Shown in pieces: positions 19,723 to 27,869 of a stretch of 64,000 nucleotides of DNA. Below the pieces are notes generated by a model. The model saw only the letters and a program-made list of their open reading frames with translations. It made no database searches and was not told the DNA's origin. This DNA comes from an uncultured Candidatus Rokubacteria bacterium (GTDB lineage Bacteria > Methylomirabilota > Methylomirabilia > Rokubacteriales > CSP1-6), in contig CAWBMV010000034.1 in NCBI GenBank assembly GCA_963789955.1, positions 1,184,001 to 1,248,000 on the forward strand. The letters are read 5' to 3'. The position numbers were made by a program, and so were the translations under genes. Position 1 is the stretch's first letter, and each line of letters opens with the position of its first letter.

Positions 19723-21526
19723 GTGGGCCTGCGAAGCCCGCGCCGGGGCTCGGCGCGCCGGCGGGCGACGTCCGTGCTGGAGGAGCGCCTGCGGTTCGAG
19801 ACGCTCCTCTCGGAGCTCTCGGCTGGGTTGATCCACCTCCCGGCCAGCGCGATCGACGCGGCGCTCGCGCGCGCGCTGCAGCAGGTCGCCATGTTCCTCG
19901 GCGTGGATCGCGGCAGCCTCGACGTGTACGCCGGAGGCGAGCCGGGGGTCCGTGTCTCATGGACGCGGCCCGGCCTCGAAGAGCCGCCGCGGGTCATGGA
20001 CGCCGATCAGTTCCCCTGGACGGCCAAGAGACTCTGGAGCGGGGACATCGTCCGATTCGCTCGGACCGATGAGCTCCCGGAAGACGCGGCGCTCGATCGC
20101 GCAAGCTACGAGCGCGCGGGTACGCGATCGAAGGTGTCTCTCCCCCTGAGCGCCGGTGGTCCCGATGCTCGGCGTGCTCTCCTTCGGCTCGGTTCGGAGC
20201 GAACGAGCCTGGCCAGCCGAGTTGGTGGAACGGCTTCGCCTTCTCGGCGCGGCCTTCGCCAGTGCCCTGGAACGGAAGCGCATGGAGCTCTCGCTCGCCG
20301 AGCGCGTTCGATTCGAGAAGCTCCTGTCGTCCCTCTCGACCGCATTGAGTCATCTGTCGGCCGGCGATTTCAATCGAGAGGTTCAGCGCGCGCTTCATCG
20401 CGTCGTCGACTTCCTCGGGGTGGCGCGCGGTAGTCTGATCGAGTTCTCCCGGGACGGGAGCACCACCCATTCGTGGGCGATCGAGGAATGGATGGACGTC
20501 GGCGAGTTCCCGTGGATGACGGCGCGCCTGCAGCGCGGAGACGTCGTCAGCTTTTCCGAGATCGAGAAGCTTCCGGACGAGGCCGCGGTGGACCGGCGGA
20601 GCTATCTCGATCACCGCGTCAAGCCCCAGGTGGCGGTGCCGCTGCTGGCAGGTGGCATCGTGGTGGGAGGCCTCGTGTTCAGCACGGGCGACGCCGAACG
20701 CTCGAGGTCGGACGAGGTGTTACTGATGCAGCAGCTGCACCTCCTCGGGGAAGTCTTCGCCAATGCGCTGTCGCGCAAGCAGGGAGAGCTCGAAACGCAG
20801 CGGCTGCGGCAGGAGCTGACGCACATCGGCCGGGTGTCTGCGATGGGCGAGCTCAGTGCGTCCCTGGCCCACGAGCTGAACCAACCGCTGACCGCGATCC
20901 TCAGCAACGCTCAGGCGGCTCAGAATCTGCTCGCGTGCGACGTCGTCGATCTCGAGGCGATGCGCGAAATCCTGACCGACATCGTCGCGGATGACAAGCG
21001 GGCCGCTGCCGTGATCCGCCGGCTGCGCAGCTTGCTCAGGAAGGGTGACCTCGAGTTCGTCCCGCTCGACGTCAACGAAATCGTCAGTGAAGTGGGTTGG
21101 CTCGTGAAGAACGATGCGCTCACCCGCAACGTGTCGCTGCGCCTCGACCTCGCCGCCGATCTGCCAGGGGTGCTCGGCGACCGGGTGCAGCTGCAGCAGG
21201 TGGTGCTGAACCTGGTGCTGAATGGCCTCGAAGCCCTGCGGCCACCCTGGGCGGGTGCCCGAACTCTCGTCATCCGGACCGCCAGGGACGGTGCCACCAC
21301 CGTCACGGTTGCGGTTCAGGACTCCGGCGCCGGGATCGATGAGAAGGACACGGACCGCATCTTCCAGCCCTTCTACACGACCAAGGCCGAAGGATTGGGT
21401 ATGGGCCTGGCCATTGCGCGAACCATCGTGGACGCGCACGGCGGCCGGCTGGTCGCCGCGAACAACGAACATGGCGGGGCGACCGTCCGGTTCACGTTGC
21501 CGATGGGGAGGACGGACGAATGCTGA
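19723..21526 (+). CDS. Sensor histidine kinase with two GAF-like domains (frameshift near 20160)
   Basis: Repeated ERLRFE...FPW units; AHELNQPL, QVVLNLVLN, DSGAGI, FYTTK, GMGL. Confidence 0.88.
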
Positions 21527-22153
21527 CCGCAGTCGTACCGCTCGTCTTCGTCGTCGACGATGACCTTTCGGTGCGCAAGAGCTTGAGTCGCTTGCTGACA
21601 TTGGCCGGGTACACGGTCGAGGCGTTCCAGTCGGCCCGCGAGTTCCTGACGCGTGAAGCGCCGGAGGGCCCGTGCTGCCTGGTCCTCGACGTGCGGATGC
21701 CAGGCCTCACCGGGATCGAGATGCAGGAGGCGCTGGCGGCCGCGGGGCGCCGAATGTCCATCGTCTTCATCACGGGTCACCTCGACGTTCCGGCGAGCGT
21801 CAAGGCCATGAAAGGCGGGGCGGTCGACCTGCTCACCAAGCCAATCGATCGGGAAGAGCTCCTGGCCGCGGTCGCGCGGGCCGTAGCAAAGGACGCGGCG
21901 GATCTGGAGCGACGAGACTCGCACCGCGGAGATCCGGCAGCGCGTCAAGATGCTGACCGTGCGGGAGACGCAGGTCTTCGCGCTCGTCGTGACGGGAATG
22001 TTGAACAAGCAGATCGCCTACGATCTCGGTGTCGGCCTGAAGACGATCAAGGCGCACCGCGCGCGGGTCATGGAAAAGATGCGGGCGGCATCGGTGGCCG
22101 AGCTGGTTCGTCTGGCGGACGCGGCCGGCGTGATCGTGCCCGGGCCCTCGTGA
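21520..22153 (+). CDS. FixJ/StyR-type response regulator (REC + LuxR HTH; frameshift near 21920)
   Basis: VVDDD, LDVRMPG, ITGH, LTKP; LTVRETQV...NKQIA...TIKAHRARVMEKM. Confidence 0.9.
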
Positions 22154-23064
22154 CGGCGGCGCACCGGCTCTCGTCGCGCATCGACCGATTTCCGCCGCCC
22201 CGTCTCACGCCGCGCGTCGTCTGGTCGCTGCTCCGGGAGACGGTCTTCGAGTGGTACGAGGACCGGGCGCCGAGGCTGGGGGCGGCGCTCGCGTTCTACA
22301 CCGTCTTCGCGCTGGCGCCGGGGCTGATCGTCATCATCGCCCTCGCGGCGCTCCTGCTCGGGCATGAGGCGGCGCAGGGCCAGATCATCGATCAGGTACA
22401 GGACCTCATCGGCGTCGCCGGGGCCCAGGCGATTCAGGCGGCGATCGAGAGTGCCCGCAGCGCCGGCGGCAGCCTCGCCGCCACCGGCCTGGGCGTCCTC
22501 ACGCTGCTGTTTGGGCTCTGGGGTGTCTTCGGAGAGCTGCAGGACGCGCTGAACACCATCTGGGGCGTGACGACCAGGCCCTGGCGTGGGGTGATCGGCG
22601 CCGTCAAGGAGCGTTTCTGGTCGTTCACGATGGTCGTCGGCATCGGATTCTTGCTGCTCGTCTCCCTCGCCGCCAGTGCCTGGCTGGCGGCGGTCGGAAA
22701 GTTCTTCGCCCAGCTGTCGCCGCTACCGGTGGCGGTGATGGAGACGGCCAACGCGCTTCTGTCGTTCGTCACCATCACCCTCATGTTCGCCGTGATCTAC
22801 AAGCTCCTGCCGGACGTGAAGATCACGTGGCAGAACGTGTGGGTCGGCGCCGCCGTGACGGCGCTCCTGTTCACGATCGGCAAGTCGTTGATCGGACTCT
22901 ATCTGGGTCGCAGCACGGTGGCCTCGGTATACGGCGCCGCCGGCTCTCTTATCGTCATTCTGCTCTGGATCTACTACTCGGCTCAGGTCGTGTTCTTCGG
23001 CGCGGAGTTCACCAAGGTCTACTCGAGGCACTTCGGAACGCACGTTCGCGCCGGATCCTCGTGA
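22150..23064 (+). CDS. YihY/BrkB family membrane protein
   Basis: GAALAFYTVFALAP, ELQDALNTIW, YGAAGSLIVILLWIYYSAQVVFFGAEF. Confidence 0.9.
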   Translation: MTAAHRLSSRIDRFPPPRLTPRVVWSLLRETVFEWYEDRAPRLGAALAFYTVFALAPGLIVIIALAALLLGHEAAQGQIIDQVQDLIGVAGAQAIQAAIESARSAGGSLAATGLGVLTLLFGLWGVFGELQDALNTIWGVTTRPWRGVIGAVKERFWSFTMVVGIGFLLLVSLAASAWLAAVGKFFAQLSPLPVAVMETANALLSFVTITLMFAVIYKLLPDVKITWQNVWVGAAVTALLFTIGKSLIGLYLGRSTVASVYGAAGSLIVILLWIYYSAQVVFFGAEFTKVYSRHFGTHVRAGSS

Positions 23065-23146
23065 TGTAAATCCCGTCCGCACGTGGCCAAGGTCCAATAC
23101 CGCGGCGGCGCGCGGTGCCCTACAGTCATCAGGAGAGGTATTCCCT

Positions 23147-23584
23147 GTGATCGACGCACCCGTCATCGCCATCGTCGACGATGACGCCTCGATCCGTCGG
23201 GCGCTCCATCGCCTGGTCCAGGCGAAGGGCTATACCGTCGAGAGCTTCGCCTCCGCCCGTGAGTTTCTCGACGCGGTGCCCCACTGCCGACCGGCCTGCC
23301 TCGTGCTCGACGTCCATCTCAACGGGAGCGGGTTCGAGCTCCAGGAACGCCTGGCCGCCGACGGGCTGAAGATCCCGATCATCTTCATCACGGCCCACGA
23401 CGACGACTCGACCCGGCGTCGGCTCGAAAAGTGCGGGGCTGTCGCGCACCTCTGGAAGCCCGTGGACGAGCAGGCGTTACTTCAGGCGATCCAGCGCGCC
23501 ATCTGGCCGGACGACGACCCGAGCGCGATGCGCCCTAGAGCTGCTCGCGGACCGGAAGGGACAGAAGCTCCAGGAACTGGCTGA
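23147..23584 (+). CDS. Single-domain response regulator
   Basis: IVDDD, LVLDVHL, FITAH, LWKP. Confidence 0.85.
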   Translation: MIDAPVIAIVDDDASIRRALHRLVQAKGYTVESFASAREFLDAVPHCRPACLVLDVHLNGSGFELQERLAADGLKIPIIFITAHDDDSTRRRLEKCGAVAHLWKPVDEQALLQAIQRAIWPDDDPSAMRPRAARGPEGTEAPGTG

Positions 23585-24796
23585 AGAATCCCCGGCCGCG
23601 CCACTGCTGGTACTCGATCTTGCGCGCGTACTTCAGATCCTCCTCGAAGACCTGCTCGAGCTGGGCGACGACGGTCGTGTGATAGACGACGGCGTTGAGC
23701 TCCTCGTTGAGCGCGAACGAGCGACTGTCCAGATTGGTGCTTCCGATCGTCGCCCAGATGCCATCGACGGTCATCACCTTCGCGTGGAGAAGTCCCGGCT
23801 GATACTCGTAGATCTCGATGCCCGCCTCGAGCAGCTCGCCGAACTTCGAGCGACTCGCCTGGCGAACGATGTTGTTGTCGATCGCGCCGGGCAACAGCAC
23901 GACGACCCGCACGCCGCGGCCGGGCGCCTCGATGAGCGCTCGGGTCATCCGGTCGTCGGGAAGGAAGTACGGATTGGTGACGTAGATCGATCGTCGGGCC
24001 GAGGAGATGGCAAGCAGGAACATCGTGTACATCGAGAAGCTTCCCCGCGGGGGAGCTCCGGACGATTTGGGCCGAGACCGACCCGGACCGGGGCGGTCGC
24101 GGGAAGTACGACTCGCCGCCGAGCACGTTGTTGGTCGCGTCGAGCCAGTTTTCGACAAAGGCGCCCTGGAGCGATGCGACCACCGGGCCTTCGACGCGAA
24201 CATCCGTGTCGCGCCAGTGCCCTTTCGTTCGCCCGTCCCCCATCCATTTCGGGCTGAGACCGGACCCGCCGGTGAATCCGACCCGCCCGTCGACGACGAG
24301 GATGCGTCGGTGATTGCGCTTGTTCGCCCTCCCGAACCCAACGGCGGCGAGCAAGCTCAGCGGACTCAACGGCCGAAACGTGGCGACCTGGCAGCCTGCG
24401 CGCGTCATCGTCTCCCGATACTCCGCCGGCATCTTGATGGTCCCGAATCCGTCCAGCAGGACGTGCGCGCGGACCCCCGCCCGGCAGCGATCGGCGAACG
24501 CCTCCGCGATCTCACGGCCGATCGGGCACGTCCTCGTAGAAATACTGGGCGTACGTGATCGTCTCGCGTGCCGCGCGAATCGCCGCCAGCTGCGCGGGAA
24601 AGATCTGATCACCGTTCAGCAGCACGTCCACGATGTTGCCGCCGCCGACCGGCGCCACGGTATAGGCCTCGATGGTCGGAATGAACGCGGGGTCTGCGAC
24701 CGCCAGCTGTGGCAGGGCGAAGTGGGACGGCACTCGGGCGCACGCGGCCGCCGCAAGGCCGAGTAGGGTCGCGCCGATGAGCATCAGGAAGCGCAT
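23535..24796 (-). CDS. cls: Cardiolipin synthase / phospholipase D family (frameshifted)
   Basis: NHRRILVVDG and LHAKVMTVDG HKD-type motifs (the first reads R for K), NPYFLP, GSTNLDSRSFALNEE. Confidence 0.88.
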
Positions 24797-24827
24797 CGTT
24801 CGATTTGACCTCTCGCGAGGGACTGGA

Positions 24828-24894
24828 CCTAGTGGACCTTGGTCCAACAGAAGGTCGGGATCGATGGCATCGACGTGGACCAAGGTCCACTAGG
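24828..24894. repeat. Perfect 19-bp inverted repeat, each arm containing TGGACC-WW-GGTCCA
   Basis: CCTAGTGGACCTTGGTCCA (24828-24846) and TGGACCAAGGTCCACTAGG (24876-24894). Confidence 0.85.
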
Positions 24895-25031
24895 CAAGCG
24901 AGACGCACGTGGATCATCCTGTCGGAAGGACTTGAAGTGTCGGTGGCCCTGATCGGCACCAGGCCGGCGCCAAGAGGATTGCCCGTGACGGTCGCACTCG
25001 CAGCTAACCCGAATCCTCTGGAGGGCTCTAC

Positions 25032-25307
25032 ATGCCACGGCGACCTCTCTCTTTCGTCGGCGCCGAATCGTCCGAACGCATCACGGCTATCCAGATCGCG
25101 CGCGCACAGCTGTTCGACGTCGATGTCGACCGCAAGAAACGGATCGACGACGCCATCGACTACTTCGGCGCGGGTCAGATCGCCGTCGCTCGGAAGGGTG
25201 TCCGCCAATTCCGGCCGGCCAGGACAGATCGCTTGACGATCACCCCGTTTGCGCGAGCGACGCGCTTTCGGCGAGCGTGTCGCCTCCGCCCGCGTGCCGA
25301 AAGATAG
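25032..25307 (+). CDS. Hypothetical protein
   Basis: RBS GAGGG, plausible codon usage in the 5' two-thirds; no family recognised. Confidence 0.35.
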   Translation: MPRRPLSFVGAESSERITAIQIARAQLFDVDVDRKKRIDDAIDYFGAGQIAVARKGVRQFRPARTDRLTITPFARATRFRRACRLRPRAER

Positions 25308-25320
25308 GTCGGGACGAACA

Positions 25321-25363
25321 TGAGCAATTCTGACCAGACGTCAGAACGTGATTGGCCGATCCT
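25321..25363 (+). promoter_or_regulatory. Crp-type box (TGAGC-AATTCT-GACCA) with -10 GATCCT
   Basis: 37-nt offset; promoter module paralogous to 18723. Confidence 0.75.
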
Positions 25364-25462
25364 GTGGCGCATCGCGGTGAGGTGTCCCGAAAACCTCGGG
25401 GATGCGTACGGGCTCGAGACGCTTCCCGCGGGAATTCCTGTCGAACATCTGAGGAGCCACCA

Positions 25463-25714
25463 ATGGACATCGAAGCCCTTCGTCTCCTCATCCGAAGCAA
25501 GCTCAATGACGGGCGCCTGCCGTATGACAGCATGCCGAGATTCTGGGGCGGTGCCGGCGACGGGGAGCAGTGCGACGTCTGCGACACGCTCATCACGAAG
25601 GAGCAGTTAGTGATGGAGGGCATTGCCTCCGTGCTCAGCAACAAGAAGCCCGTTCAATTTCACGTCGGGTGCTTCTACGCCTGGGATGCCGAGCGGCGCG
25701 TGCCGCAGTCGTAG
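25463..25714 (+). CDS. Small CxxC...HxxC putative zinc-binding protein, paralog 2
   Basis: MDIEALRLLIRSKLNDGRLP...CDVCDTLIT...FHVGCFYAW; RBS GAGGAG. Confidence 0.78.
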   Translation: MDIEALRLLIRSKLNDGRLPYDSMPRFWGGAGDGEQCDVCDTLITKEQLVMEGIASVLSNKKPVQFHVGCFYAWDAERRVPQS

Positions 25715-25799
25715 CCTTCCACGCGTCGACGTTAGGTTATTCCCCTCCCACGCCGCGCGTTGCGGCGCATGCCAGAGCGGGGTGCCAACCCAGTGCCGG

Positions 25800-25853
25800 T
25801 GAGCAATTGTGAACAGAATTAAGAACCGACACTGGACCATCTTGTAGCGCATG
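25800..25853 (+). promoter_or_regulatory. Crp-type box (TGAGC-AATTGT-GAACA), -10 CATCTT, ATG near +1
   Basis: Motif match; precedes the bEBP ATG with no RBS. Confidence 0.65.
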
Positions 25854-26960
25854 GCGCGGCGTGACCCGTCCGACTTCGACCCCGGGAACGGTGCGGGGAT
25901 CTGGGCTACAGGAGCCCCACGACACGGCGACGCGGCGGTGGCCTTCGCCGCTTCCATCGTGGAGCCCACCAACGACCGTCCGCTCCTCGACGGAAGCCCC
26001 CAGATGCGCGCCATCGTGACCGTCATCGAGAATGTCGCCGATACGGACGCGACGGTCTTGATCCGTGGTGAAAGCGGCGTCGGGAAGGATCTGGTGGCCA
26101 GAGCCGTCCATGCTGCCTCGTCGCGCTGTCGTGGTCCGTTCGTCAAGGTCAACTGCGCCGCGATCCCGCTGGGGCTGCTCGAGTCCGAGTTGTTCGGGCA
26201 CGAGAGGGGAGCCTTCACCGGCGCGCACCAGCGTAAGCATGGGCAGTTCGAATATGCGAACAGGGGCACGATCTACCTGGACGAGCTTGCGGAGCTGCCG
26301 CTGGCCCTCCAGGCCAAGCTCCTGCACGTGTTGCAGGACTTCCAGTTCTCACGCGTGGGAGGCCTCGAGCTTCTACAAGTCGACACACGGGTGGTCGCCG
26401 CGACGAATCGTAACCTCGAGGCGGCGATGGCGCGCGGCGAGTTCCGCGAGGACCTTTACTACCGCCTCAACGTAGTCGAGATCAAGGTGCCCCCGCTGCG
26501 GGAGCGCCGCGAAGAGATCCCGGCATTGGCTTCGCGGTTCCTGGCCCGGTTCAACTCCCAGTACGGGCGGCAGAAGCAGCTCATGCCCGAGACGCTGGCG
26601 CGGCTGACCGAGTACTCCTGGCCCGGTAACGTGCGCGAGCTCGAAAACGTGATCCGCCGGCTGGCAGTGCTCGGAGACGGGGACCAGACGATGGAGGCCC
26701 TGATGAGCCGGAATCGCAATGGACACAACGGATATCACGGGCATAACGGGCACGTCCCAGTTCCATCGCCGATCGCCTCGGAGGGCCTGAGAGAGGCCGG
26801 GCGCCGCGGGGCGCGAGACGCCGAGCGCACGGCGCTCCTGGAAGTGCTCGATCGCGTGAGCTGGAACCGTACCCAGGCCGCGCGGATTCTCAAGGTCAGC
26901 TACAAGACGCTGCTCAAGAAAATCTCCGAATGCGGCCTGACGCCGCCTGTTCGCGGCTGA
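25851..26960 (+). CDS. Sigma54-dependent activator (AAA+ and Fis HTH) lacking a regulatory domain
   Basis: GESGVGKD, ESELFGHERGAFTGA, LDE, FREDLYYRLNV, WPGNVRELEN, C-terminal HTH. Confidence 0.92.
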   Translation: MARRDPSDFDPGNGAGIWATGAPRHGDAAVAFAASIVEPTNDRPLLDGSPQMRAIVTVIENVADTDATVLIRGESGVGKDLVARAVHAASSRCRGPFVKVNCAAIPLGLLESELFGHERGAFTGAHQRKHGQFEYANRGTIYLDELAELPLALQAKLLHVLQDFQFSRVGGLELLQVDTRVVAATNRNLEAAMARGEFREDLYYRLNVVEIKVPPLRERREEIPALASRFLARFNSQYGRQKQLMPETLARLTEYSWPGNVRELENVIRRLAVLGDGDQTMEALMSRNRNGHNGYHGHNGHVPVPSPIASEGLREAGRRGARDAERTALLEVLDRVSWNRTQAARILKVSYKTLLKKISECGLTPPVRG

Positions 26961-27066
26961 CGGGGCGCGCCGCGTCGCGACCCGGCGAGTCGACGTCGCG
27001 GCCCGACCGGGTGAGTTCTCCGGCGGGTTGAGCCCTGGCGCCCGCTCCCGCAGCAACAGCCAAACC

Positions 27067-27117
27067 TGAGCACTTCTGACCAGACGCCGGACCCTGCGTT
27101 GGCGATCCTGGTGTATG
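27067..27117 (+). promoter_or_regulatory. Crp-type box (TGAGC-ACTTCT-GACCA), -10 GATCCT, ATG near +1
   Basis: 37-nt offset; heads the mlaC2-MMPL operon. Confidence 0.75.
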
Positions 27118-27199
27118 GCGCGACGTGTCTCATCCGACCGCAACGTCGAGCCTGCCGCGCGAACCATCGCTTGGAGCTGCGCGGGAGGGAGGTCGACTC

Positions 27200-27844
27200 A
27201 TGGTCAGATACTACGCGCGCGTTTTCGGGATCCTGGTTCTCCTGTTCGCGCTCGTCCCCGCTCGCGGCGCTTGGGCAGGCGCGCCGAGCGATCAGCTGCG
27301 CGCCGGGATCGACCGGGTGTTCAAGATCCTCGACGACCCCGAGCTGGACGGCGACAAGAAGCTCAACCAGCGCCGAAGCGCCATCGTCATCGCCGCCAAC
27401 GAGATATTCGACTTCGGCGAGATGGCGAAGCGATCCCTCGGTCAGTACTGGCCGCAGCGGACGTCCGCCGAACGCGTGGAGTTCGTTCGCCTCTTCACTG
27501 AACTGGTCCAGCGCTCGTACATCTCCAAGGTGGACCAGCACGGCGCTCACAAGATGACCGTGCAGGGCGAGCGGATTGACGGCGACTACGCTGTCGTGCG
27601 GACGACGCTCCCGCTCAGCGCAGGACACGAGTTGCCCATTGACTACAGCATGCGCAGCATCGACGACCGCTGGCAGGTGTACGACCTCAGCATCGACGGG
27701 ATCAGCCTCGTGGCGAACTACCGGGCGCAATTCAACAAAATCATCCGGACCTCCTCGTACGAGGCTCTGGTCGCGAAGTTCAAGTCGCACCAAGCTGAAT
27801 TGGCGGCGCCCTCGACTGCCTCCGGAGGACAGCCTGCGCGATGA
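27200..27844 (+). CDS. mlaC: MlaC/Ttg2D (HpnM-like) protein, copy 2
   Basis: RBS GGGAGG; signal peptide; FDFGEMAKRSLG, WQVYDLSIDGISLVANYRAQF. Confidence 0.88.
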   Translation: MVRYYARVFGILVLLFALVPARGAWAGAPSDQLRAGIDRVFKILDDPELDGDKKLNQRRSAIVIAANEIFDFGEMAKRSLGQYWPQRTSAERVEFVRLFTELVQRSYISKVDQHGAHKMTVQGERIDGDYAVVRTTLPLSAGHELPIDYSMRSIDDRWQVYDLSIDGISLVANYRAQFNKIIRTSSYEALVAKFKSHQAELAAPSTASGGQPAR

Positions 27845-27869
27845 TCGTCGATCCGGCAGGTGACCGTCC

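Noticed and set aside
21520..23064. Response regulator-YihY fusion (514-aa ORF)
   Set aside because: The LuxR HTH lies in another frame (21950-22153); one indel explains the apparent fusion
18774..27130. TGGCGCG motifs as sigma54 -24/-12 promoters
   Set aside because: They lack the TTGC -12 element at the required spacing; better explained as the ATGGCGCGA start of the cassette
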